Source: Camelus dromedarius
Taxonomy: Eukaryota
Assembly: GCF_036321535.1 (NCBI RefSeq)
Contig: NC_087457.1
Span: 19,840,001-19,904,000, forward strand
DNA: 64,000 nt
Reading direction: 5' to 3'
In this document: positions 26,546 to 37,600 of the stretch, one piece after another
Numbering within the stretch: the first letter of the stretch is position 1
Layout of the letters: the number at the start of each line of letters is the position of its first letter
The notes under the pieces: model-generated
Database searches by the model: none
Seen by the model: only the letters and a program-made list of their open reading frames with translations
What the model was told of the DNA's origin: nothing
Translations under genes and position numbers: made by a program

Positions 26546-27005
26546 TGTATGTGTCAGGATCCTGGCTGGAGACCAGGGTAATGTGAGGAGAGTTTTATTA
26601 GGAGGACTACTGACAAAGGTGTGAGCAGAGTCTAGGACAAGCAAAGAGAGACGGTGCAGGACCATGGAGCTGGTAACCATGTCTGGGCCTGCAGGACCAA
26701 GTGAAAGGGGCAGTAACTGGCTGAGACAGAGACAGAGAGAGAGAGTGTGCTGGTTCGGTGGAGAGGGCCTTCTGGTAGGAGCTGTGGCCCCAGTAGAGAG
26801 ATACAGCTAACCGGAGGGCAACCACAAAGAGGGAGCTGGGTACGAAATGTACTGACCTCACTCTCCTCCTTTCTAACTTCTGCTGGAAACTTCTATTGGC
26901 CAAACCCAGCTGGAAGTGACAGAGTTGGCTGATGTGGCCCACAAAAGTCAAAGTACCAGGAAACGAGAGTAGAGAGTGGACCTAGAAGGACAAACAAAAC
27001 AGAGC
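26546..27005 (-). mobile_element. LTR33-like (ERVL) solo LTR inserted in L2 sequence
   Basis: tgtatgtgtcaggatcc...acaaaggtgtgagcagag...ggagagggcc...ggagctgtggcc...gacctcactctcctcc...attggccaaacccagctggaag resembles remembered LTR33. Confidence 0.6.
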
Positions 27006-27984
27006 TCTGGATATACAAGTCTGGAGCTCTAAAGAGTTGGATGGGCTAGCTGGAAATAACTGGTGTACAGGTGAGAATTAAAGCTTTGGAAATAGGTGAG
27101 GTCGTGGAAGGAGAGGGAAGGAAGAGAGGGGACTGAGCACTGAAGAACTCAGATGTTAGAGCTTAGCTAGAGAAACAAGAGGAACTTGAAAAAGAAGACT
27201 GAAAAGGAGGAGCCGGAGACTTGGCAGAGAAAACAGGATAGTGTGGTGTCGCAGATGCAAAAACAGGAGACGGTTTCAACAGGAAGAAGTGGTCGGCTGA
27301 TTGAGTCAGATGTTCGTGTTCAGCTGATGAACAGAAACCCGCCTTTGGACACGGCAACATTAGTCAGCAAGTACGCTGAGCGCTGTGCTCGTGGGTGCTG
27401 CAAAGATGAGTGAGCCCTGGATTTGGGGAACATCCCAATCTGACAGGGAACAAGATACCAGATTGTGGGATGACTACTCTGACAGAAATGGGAAAAAGGG
27501 CCTTTTGAGAGCAGAGTGGGTACTGGGAAAAGTTTCCCAAGGACAATCAATTCTACACACGGTGTGCAAATTCTTTAGAATTAAAAAAAAAAAAACAAAA
27601 AAACACTCCAGTGCTGGAAAAGTCTTGCATTTTAAAGAAGAAGAAAATGAAACTCAAGAAAGTAGACCACTGTGGCACTCCTTGACTCAGAACCTCATTG
27701 GGAGGATGCTGACAATTTGAATACTCTCTTGATTTAGGCCCTTTTGGTTAGACCTTCAGGATAAACCTATGACCTATGCTTCATTAGAATGAAAATATTA
27801 TTTATTTAAAAATTTCCATGACAGTAATATGCTTATCCCAGAAAAATTTAACAATAAATATAAGATAAAGAAGAAAATTAAACTCACTGTATAATCCATA
27901 CTCCTAACTTTTTGGTGTTTTTTTTTTCCAGTTTTTTCCTGAGTGCATGTATGTTTGTATAAACGCTTCTCTTTAAAAAACATT

Positions 27985-28990
27985 TTATATGCAATTAACA
28001 GAGTGAACAGGCAACCACAGAATGGGATAAAATATTTGCAAATCATATCTGATAAGGGGCTAGTATCCAGAATATATAAGGAATTCCTACAACTCAACCT
28101 CAACAACAACAAAAACCAAAATGGACAAAGGATATTNNNNNNNNNNNNNNNNNNNNNNNNNNNNNNNNNNNNNNNNNNNNNNNNNNNNNNNNNNNNNNNN
28201 NNNNNNNNNNNNNNNNNNNNNNNNNNNNNNNNNNNNNNNNNNNNNNNNNNNNNNNNNNNNNNNNNNNNNNNNNNNNNNNNNNNNNNNNCAGAAATAATAT
28301 GCGTTGGCGAGGATGTGGAGCAATCAGAACCCTGTACATTACCGATGGGAATGTCAAATGGTGCAGCCTCTGTGGAAATAGTATGAAGTTCCCTCCAAAA
28401 TTAAAAACAGAATTACCATATGATGCAACAATTCTGCTCCTGGGTAGGCATCTAAAAGAACTGAAAGCAAGGTCTTGAAGACATATTTGTACACCTATGT
28501 TCACGGCAGTGTTACTCACAACAGCCAAACAGTGGAAGCAACCCAAGTNNNNNNNNNNNNNNNNNNNNNNNNNNNNNNNNNNNNNNNNNNNNNNNNNNNN
28601 NNNNNNNNNNNNNNNNNNNNNNNNNNNNNNNNNNNNNNNNNNNNNNNNNNNNNNNNNNNNNNNNNNNNNNNNNNNNNNNNNNNNNNNNNNCACAAAAATA
28701 CAAATACTGTACGATTCGTCTTATATGAGGTACCTGGAGTAGTCACATTCATAGAGACAGAAAGGAGAATGGTTCCTGCCGGGGACTGAGGGGAGGAAGA
28801 AAGAAGGGTGGGAGAAATGTTGCTGAATGGTACAGAGCTTCAGTTTTGCAAGATGAGAAACATCCTGGAGATTGGGGTGTACAGCAGTGTGAATGCACTT
28901 AACATCACTGAGCTGTGCACTTAAAAAATGGTTAACAAAAATTTTATGTTACATGTATTTTACCACAACTAAAAATTAAAATTAAAAAGT
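27985..28990 (+). mobile_element. 5'-truncated L1 (L1MB-like) with ORF2 C-terminal remnant and 3' UTR; nested in an older L1ME-like fragment
   Basis: Translates to INRVNRQPQNGIKYLQIISDKGLVSRIYKEFLQLN, resembling the L1 ORF2 end; typical 3' UTR and A-rich tail; two N gaps; older L1-like sequence on both flanks (~27780-27960 and ~29030-29270). Confidence 0.8.
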
Positions 28991-29719
28991 AAAATATTTC
29001 ATAAATTTGTTTTACTTCATTTAAAAATATCAACTGAACATCTTTCATATTAATGAACATTTTTGGTATTATTATCTTACTGGTTATATAATAGTCTACT
29101 TTATTACTGCATAACTCAATCAAATCACTGTTTTTGGAAATTAAGGTTTTCTACAAAACCAAACATCATAAACAAAATGCAGTGGGCAACACTTAGCTAC
29201 CTCTTTGACACACGTGCAATTATTTCCTTAGAATAAAAATATTCCTAGAATGGAATTGCTGGGTCAAAGGAGAGGAGGGCTGTGTCAGGGGTGAGATTAG
29301 AGTGGGAAATGCAATATGAAAACCAATCAACAGAGACCTGAAGTGGGATGTGATCTAAATTAAGTGCTATACAAATATTTCTGGTTGGAAAAAGTAAATT
29401 TTATTTACAAATTTATTTATTCCTTATGTAAACTGCACTGAGACTCTGCCACAAGCCACTGTTCTAGACACTGCGACATCAGGTTTTTCCATTAGACATT
29501 TTCTTATCCCTCAAGGAACTTAAAGACTAGGGAAGAGAGAAACAAGTAAATCAACAATCTCAGTGCAGCTTGGTACCTGTGGGAAGGGAGGTATGCCCAC
29601 AGGCTAATGGAACAGAAGAGGAAGTTCACCACTCAGGGCAGGCTTCTCAGCTGAGTATTGAGGGACAAGTCGGAGTTATTCAGACTAAGAAAGTGGATCA
29701 CCACATGGAGAAGCCCATG

Positions 29720-30202
29720 TCCGAGTTGGCCCCAGGGATCCTCACCTCCTGGTACTTGTGCCTCTGTGTAGCCTCCCCCCACCCCCCCACTCAATCAGGG
29801 CCGTTCTGAGTTCCCAGAAGAGAAGGGCAGGGATGACAGTGTGTGAACTCTGATGCTAGACTGTAAGAGGTACTGCAGCGTCCCTCTTGCTCCCCTGGAC
29901 AGCTTGCTCGGAGAAGTCAAGTGCTGAGCCCTGAGGATATTCAAGCAGCCCTGTGAGGAGGCCCATGTGAAGAGGAACTGAAGCCTCCCACCAAGAGCCA
30001 GCGTAACTCACCCGTCAGGTGATGAAGCCATCTCAAGAGGGATCATCCAGCCTGGGGTGTGCCTGCAGTGCTGGCCAGCATCTCTACTGCGGCCTCACAG
30101 GGGAACCTAAGCCAGAACCAAGGGTCATGATAAGTGACAACTGGTTTGCAAGCCATGAAAAAGTTCTGGGTGATCTGCTTCTTGGCAATAGTTAATTTAA
30201 TA
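29720..30202 (+). mobile_element. MLT1 (MaLR) solo LTR
   Basis: gatcctcacctcctggtac...caagcagccctgtgaggaggcccatgtgaagaggaactgaagcctcc...aagccatg...ggcaatagttaatttaata, typical MLT1E/F features. Confidence 0.65.
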
Positions 30203-32379
30203 AACTACATCTTAAACACAGCTGAAAAGTTCTAAAAATGTGAGATACCTGGAGCAACGACAAAGAAGGTTTTATGTGAAGGACCAGCAGGAGCTCGAGA
30301 CAGAGAGGAAAGCAGGGGTCAGAGAATTGCCGGCCGTGGGCCCACTGCCCTCCTCACCGTCTTCTTGCCGATGGGACCCAATCTTGTTGGTGTGTTAAGC
30401 GGCCATGTGGATGAGTTCACATCAGGAGGGCGTGTGTTAAGAACACTGGGCCTTGGGGAAAACCCTCAATGGGTGAGAAGAGGCAGAAAATTACAGCAGC
30501 TCAAGAAAGAGTGGCCACTAAAATGGGGAAGAAACGGAGGAAGTGGAATCCCAAAAGTTATAGAAAGAGCTTCAGAAAAGAGAGTGTTGTTAACGGCATT
30601 AAAGGCAGCAGAGAAATCAAACAAGGCCTGAGAAAGGGGCACTGAGAGGGTCCCTGGGGCAGTCCGTGTCCTTTGTTGGGACTGGGGGGAGCTTCAAAAC
30701 ACTAGGTGTGACCCTCTGACTCTGGTGACACCACAGTCCTCGCAGTGGCTCAGGTAACACCCCGTTAACCACCCCACACTTTCTCTTCTCATTGGCCACA
30801 CGGGCCTCTTCCCTGCTCCCACCTTAAGTGTCTTTGCTTTTTGCTGCCCTGTACTCAGCAGAGTTTCTCCACCAAGATCCCTCCTTCGTCACCTTCAGGC
30901 TGATGCCTCGTCGCCTTCCACGTGTGGCCTTCGCTGAGCTTCCTTCCCCCCCACCCCCACCCTCCCTTCCGGTGTCTGCTCTCTTGCTCCCCCTAGTGGT
31001 CACTGTACAGACCACATCTTTTACTTGTCCGTCTTGCTTACTGCGTCTCCCCTTCTCTAGGATGTCAGCCCTGAGAGTTTGAACTCTGTCCCCAGAACCC
31101 AGCACTCACGTGCTCTTTAAATATCAGTTAAATGTTGCAAGAATAGGCCGCAGTTCCCGTTTTCAAGGGACTCGTGACCTCCAACCAGTGTGACAACTGC
31201 TACATGTGAGGTATGCACACAGCACCAAGATGGCTTAGAGGACGGATGACAGAGGAAGTAACTTTGAGCAGAGAACACAGGGGCAGGGGAGGTGGACAAG
31301 TGAAAGGGACATCATATCCTGATGTGCCTGGACCATGAGGTGGGGGCGGGGGTGGGGAGCAGTTGAAGCCAGACTGTAAAAGGTTTTGAGGAGAGCACAC
31401 TAAAGAGCCTTACCATTAACCTACAGGCCAGAGATTTTCAAGCTGTCCGCTGAAGAACCCAAGGGCCTCGCAGCTGCCAGGCCATTTGATGCTGGAGGAG
31501 AGGCAGGATGGCACATGTGTTCACACCTCTGCCGTTTTACACATCCTGCTTCTGATTAGTCCTTATTCTGAAGGCTGCATCCACCAACAGAATTTTGAAA
31601 ACCATCTCTGTTGAAAATGGAAACTGTGGCCTTAAAGAATCACCAAGTCCAAGTAAAATCAATCATTTCCTTTCATCACCACAAAGAGGGTGAGGCGAGG
31701 CCCGGGACGGGGTGCCCTGTAAGAATGAGCAGGTTTTCTGGATCAGCTTTGGCAGCATTGGGGCGAAGAAACCAAGCGGGGGCTCTGGGCAGGGCTCGCA
31801 CCTTATCCAGGCTCAGCAAAGGACAGCCCCGAGCACAGGTGCCTTCCACCCATGTTATCAAGGCGTGTGTCCTCGGGCACACGTGTGACTAGCGCCTGCA
31901 GCAATCCCTGCTTTCCAAGCCATAACGCAACTCGCTAAAGGCACACTCTTACTTGGTGGCAGAGGTAGGGTTGGCGCTCCCAAATCGCAAAATGCATTTT
32001 TAATGCACTGTTTAAAGTCCTAAGCCACCAGATAAAAAATAGTTCAACGGCAGGAGTGTGCGAGGCAAGGGCACAGAACTGAGGTGGAGTCTGGAGAAAG
32101 GGAAGAGATGAAAGAAGGCAAGGGAATGGTGGGGGTGGGGGCTAAACTAGTTCTATTTTGGCCAGACCCGTTTCCTTATCTGCAAAGCCCGAGAAACTCG
32201 TGCTCTCTGAGCCACCTGTTCATTCTGACAGTTCTTTGCTTTCGAAAAGTCTAACAGGTACACAAATGTGCCAGATTCCCATTTTCTGTCAACTTCCAGA
32301 AAGATGCGGCCAAGGGCAGGAAAGGAGGGGCTTTCCTCTCCATACCACACCCAAATCTAAAAGTGCTGACCTTCAAGAG

Positions 32380-32720
32380 TCCGCGCGGTCCGCGGCGACG
32401 CGGAGGGGCTGGCGGGCTCGTGGCTACGTGACTGCGCGCTCGCTGCGTCGCGAGGCCCGGACGCCTCCCCGCAGACTGGCCCCGCCCCCACGACCGGGGC
32501 GAGGAGGGGCGAGGCGGAGGCGGGGGCGGGGGCGGGGCCCCTCCTCCTCCCCCTCCTCTCCCACCACCCCTCCCCCACCTCGGGCTCAACTCCGCGCGCC
32601 GAAGTCCCGCGGCGCGCTATGCAGACGCACGCACTGCCCGCTCCTTCCTGGATCCGAGCCGCTCAAGGTCACCACAGGTGTGAATCTCGGCTTTCTGAGT
32701 CCCAGACGCACGACTTGGTG
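32380..32720. promoter_or_regulatory. Intergenic (orphan) CpG island with promoter-like motifs
   Basis: Abrupt CpG-dense, GC-rich segment in AT-rich DNA. Overlapping GC boxes GGGGCGGGG at 32523-32537, TACGTGAC at 32425-32432, and G-runs able to form a G-quadruplex at ~32496-32537. Confidence 0.8.
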
Positions 32721-33953
32721 AGGCTCCTTGAGAGCCCTTCCCGCTGCGCTAAGATCTAAGACTGGTTTCATGAGTGATGCTTTCCCACTCTGCCTGCATA
32801 CAATGAGACCGTATCTGTAAAGCGCCCTGAGTTCCTTAGCATAGAAGTGCCGATTTAATTTGTCACCCATTGCTTATAAAATCCACAAAAAATGGCATTT
32901 TCAAATCAATATTTACTTAGATGTAACAACCATAACAACCTCCTTATACAGTTTGCCAAACACTTTAAACATCAGACTGGGATCCGGATCATTAATTAAA
33001 TTTTACAGATGATGAAATTAAACGTTGTTTCGTACAATGGTAATCATCATTATATCATTATTACTGAAAGTGATCCATTTTGAATGAAAAACATAAATTG
33101 CTAAATCCATATACATCTGAGAAACTACTGGAGCCGCCTTCAAAGAATGCTCCCAATCTGACCTTAAACAAAAGCAAAGGGCAAAGCGATGTTATCTTTT
33201 AAGTCAGGAAAATAAACAGAATTTTCATTTTTTCCTCTCTTTTGTGAGCTGTGACATTTGAGAGGTTTTCGGGGCACTTGAGCCCAAGCAAGGGTGGGGC
33301 AATCTGGGGAGCACCTCCTTTGTGCTCTAAAGGGGACATCGTGAGGTCACGGAAATGGGGCTACAGTTTTTAGAGAAAGATCTTGCTCTTCATTTACTGG
33401 TTGCATCTCTTGGTCTCCCTGACCCCTGAAAGTGGTGAGCAGGGGAGAAAGGAATGAGATTTGTCTGCATCTACTTGCTCTTTTCGCAAGGCTTGGGTGA
33501 TGCATGTCCAAGGAACCCCAAGGATAGAGGTCAAGCTGCCTAACTGGTCTGGGGTGGGCATAGTGAAGGTGATCAAGGAATCCCATCTGCATGGCCCCTT
33601 TGATGCGGTCCAACCTGTACTGCAGGCCTAGGAGATCTCCATGATTGCTCTGTCATTATATATATAAGGCCCAGAAAAGTCGCCTCAGGTAAAACGGCTA
33701 GGAAGTCATGCATCCAGCCTTCAAACCCCGCTAGCTGAACTCCAGCTTCAGCACTGTCTCCTTGTACTCCAGACACCCGGATATCATGAATGCTCTCAGG
33801 TCCCGTCTGAGTGATGGGGGCCATTTGAAACAGCAAATCACTCACAAAACACAATCAACATGACACTAAACAGATCACAAAAAGGATACTTGTGTATAGT
33901 GTGAAAGCCGAAATAAAAAGGCAGAAGTTTGCCTTGTTCATCCTCACTGCCCA

Positions 33954-34466
33954 TGTTACCTAGTCCAAACTCCTGCTCGCCACACGACAGGCCAATAAAT
34001 TGGGAGACGAGGTGCTGGGGCAAGGAATAACGACTTTATTCAGAAAGCCGGCAGACCAAGATGGCAGACTAATGTCCTGGAGAACCATCTTACCAAGTCA
34101 GAATTCAGGCTTCTTTTATACTCAGAAGGGGAGGGGGTGTGGTTGGCTGTTGCAAACTTCTTAGTGTCAGAATCCTTTGTTCTTGCATCTGTCCAGGTAG
34201 GTCAGGTCATGATGTCCCTGCAAATCTCCAACAAGACCAGTGTTATTTTCTCTTCAGCAACTTTTTATCTTTATATGAATGGGAAAGTTTTATACCCTTA
34301 AAGGTCAGGGCTTTGAGAATAGGCTATACTGTATATTTCAGGCTCTAGGCAACATTCTTTTACAAAAGGTGCAGAAACAGCGTGACTCAGCACAGGAAAC
34401 AGAGCACAGGGCTAGAGCCAAAGGAACAGATCTAATATGGAGTCAGATTTGTCCTTCCCAGCTACA
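33954..34466 (-). mobile_element. ERV solo LTR (laurasiatherian/cetartiodactyl ERV1-type)
   Basis: TG...CA ends; on the minus strand TATAAAAG (plus 34113-34120) precedes AATAAA (plus 34035-34040), a U3-R-U5 layout. No clean TSD seen. Confidence 0.7.
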
Positions 34467-34592
34467 CAGGGAACGCAGGCATCAAGTGACTCCCATTTTT
34501 TGCTGTTTTGCATGTGTGCACAGATGACTGACTGCAAAGGCACAAGTATTGATTTAGGGTTTACAGATACATGTTAGTGAGTAGGCGAGTTC

Positions 34593-34669
34593 ACAAATGC
34601 AGAATCCAAGGATAGTAAAGATCTTGCAACAAATGCAGAATCCAAGGATAGTAAAGATCTTGCAACAAA
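34593..34669. repeat. Perfect 36-bp tandem duplication
   Basis: ACAAATGCAGAATCCAAGGATAGTAAAGATCTTGCA x2 (34593-34628, 34629-34664) plus ACAAA; lies between MER82-like (left) and MER58-like (right) ends. Confidence 0.95.
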
Positions 34670-37600
34670 GACCATATGGACTGCAAAATTGAAAATATTC
34701 ACTGTGTGGCCCTTTACAAAAAGCAATTGCCATCGCCTGCTCTCCAGTATCCTTAGCCTTTATCCAAGGAGAGTGAAACAGGTAGACAGGGACCAACTCC
34801 TCCAGAACAGTGTCTAAACTAGAGGGAGCTCAGAAACGGGAGCAAATGAGACCAGTCATGAGGTCAGGAGACTGGGATCTAATGTAGCAGAATGTGGAGA
34901 GAATTTTCAAACTGCAGGGCAAAGCTTCAATTTCTCCCCTTCGTAGATCTTGTTTTCATTCAACAGACATTTACCCAGGACCTTCGAATGTGCACACATC
35001 TGGGCTGAGTGTTGGAAGGCGTTCAGTTACTAGTGTAAATAGTAAGGCCCTCCCTCGGTCAGTGACCTAGGAAGAAAGTGTGAAGGAAGGGCCACTGGAA
35101 GGAGAGCAGACTTGAAGCAAAGGGCCTGGCCACTTTATAACTTGGATCATCCGTCTCTGAGACTTATTAAGCACTGTTTGCCTGTTAGGACTTTCTAATT
35201 TCCAGAAAGGGTTGGAGATGGCTCACAACCGAAACATATGTTAAAACAGGTGGAAGGAGACTGATGGGATAGGTGACAAGGTCTGGGAAGTAATGCAGTA
35301 CAATCTGGCAGGCAGCAGGGGTTACAGAATTGTGCCATTGAGTTTCAAATTAGATTCTGAGGTTCTCAACTCAAAATATAAGGATGGGAGAGAAAGTCAG
35401 TTCTGAGAGCAAACTCAGTGGAGGAAAGGATTTTTGCAGCCCTTCGGAGGGAAAGCCTTTTCTGATGTGAGGCTTCTTCGAATGGACACGGGGCAGAGGG
35501 GCCCCAGCTCCACAACCCAAGCAGATCCAGACCAAATGTGTCACTGCTTCTTCCTCTGCTCTGGGGGCTTCCCTGATGAAAATACAGCTTTGTATTTCAT
35601 CTAAGGGTTAAATGTCTAACTAAGTATTTACTTTTCTGATGACTAGCTGTATCCAGAGAAAGAACTTCAAGTACCAAGAAGAGCGCTGGACTGAATAATT
35701 TTGAAGTGACCCTTCACAGGGAACTGTTTCTCACCCCACCTTTGGATAAGAGAAGACATCCGTTCATGGGCTCAGAGAGACCATATTTTGTGTCATTGAG
35801 AGGCAATCCACAGACGTTAGAAATCTCCAGTGTGGAAGGTGAAGGGCTGGCAGGCAAAGCCAGGAATTTTTTTCAGGAAATAGTTCGGGGTCCGCCCTAG
35901 CCCATGAACAAGTCACAGCTTTCTTCTACGGAGAGGGCTCAAGGTGATTTCATCCTGGAAGGTTTTCAAAGTCCACCATCCCCTGAAAAAATTCCAGCAA
36001 TGCCTGCATTTGTACAGCCAGAAAAATGTTTCTCCTAAGCCCCTGGTGGAGATTGGTATACCTGAAGTCCTTTATCCTTACCCTGGCCCTTCATCTAAGT
36101 GACATATTTCCTCCTCCTGTTTCTTGACATGGAGACAGAGACTCAGAGAGTTTAAGAAGCAGAGCCCTAAAATTCTGACCCCACTAAATTATCCCATTAA
36201 TCGCATCCTGTTTCTCCGAACTAACAGGGCTTAGTGGTATCAAAAGGTTAGCCACGTAAGGAAGATGAAAGAACGGGCTATAGGCTGGTGGACCTTCCTC
36301 ATCCTCCACCCCACAAACACACACTGCAGAACTGGCTGCTCAGTCTGCACATAAACTGATGCGATTCTCAAGCTCTGCAGTGTGAACTTCTATATCCTTG
36401 CAGGGGTTCAGAATTCATTCTAGCCACCAGAAGTGCTAACTGTCCACTTCAGTATCTGACTTTATGAAGGATATCTCACATGAGGAGTACGACACAGTGA
36501 GTCATTGAACTGGCATCTCTACCTTGAAGTCTGCTCCTCCCTTCCACCTCCTGACTCCTACACTCCATCACCAGCCTCTGCAGGTTTCTAAGCAGCTCCT
36601 TATACCTGAGACAACCGGGTACTAAAGAGAATGCTAAAACAAAAAAACAAAAAACCCCCACACAAACAAAAGGATCAGACAGGTAGATTGTAAGCCCTTT
36701 TGTGTAGAGGATTAATTTGGAAGATTTGTCAAGTCCAGAGGTCCCTCCCAGGCTTGGTGGAATCCCAGACTCCCCTTGTGGACTGGACCAGAGAATTGCA
36801 GTCTGTCACCGCATCTTGAACCAGGTTGTAGCCCCTCCTGTGGTCCTTGCAGTTTACATTTGGACGTGTTTAAAGGACACTGGAGGTGTGAGCAGCAATT
36901 GGATTCTGACCCTAAAACCTCAGCCCTTCTTCAACTTCATTTACATCTTTTTACTTTTTTCTCCCCAGGTTGTTGTTTGACCACATTAAATCTTGTCATG
37001 GCTCCCAGTTGCTTCTCCCAGAGGTGAGGCTTTAGATGAAGATAAGGGGGTGTGAGGAGAGGCCCTTTATCTGGGAAGAGAAATGTAGAATAGAAAACAG
37101 AGGTTGGTGGTTAAATTACATACAATATGTTTCTTATCCATTACGACTGATGTCTGATAGTTCATAGATTTCAAAGGTAGCCTTCTCCCAAAGGCTTTTT
37201 TAAGCCTAGATTTCTATTGTGAGCTGTTTGTCCTGAGTGGAATAAATATCTTAAGACTCTGTTGCTTGTTAGTTTTTAAAGGAGAGGTGCTTGGGTGAGT
37301 AGGTAACCGACTCAAGAAGTCCAGCAAGATACAGTCACACCTACCAGGATGCACATAAAACACAGTCTCCAAGAAAATGGTCAGACTAATCTGAAGAGGA
37401 GGCAAGGAATGCAATTACATAACAGCTCTAGACAACTGAGTTCTTCACCACGAAGCCAGAGAAACATATGTTGTGAGCATTTGGAGCTGGATTTTACTCT
37501 TGCCATTTGCCACAAAGAAAGGGAAGACCCAGTGTTCCGTGCAAAAGCTTTTGTCCATCCTTGCCCGAATTAAAATTTCCCCCAGGCTCTGCTAGTCCTG

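Noticed and set aside
32158-32721. 187-aa ORF and overlapping ORFs across the CpG island
   Set aside because: Arg/Pro/Gly-rich products expected from stop-poor GC-rich DNA; no family resemblance.
33655-33695. TATATATAAGG TATA-like box followed by CAG|GTAAAA
   Set aside because: A TSS 25-30 nt downstream would leave almost no first exon before the donor; likely a short TA run.
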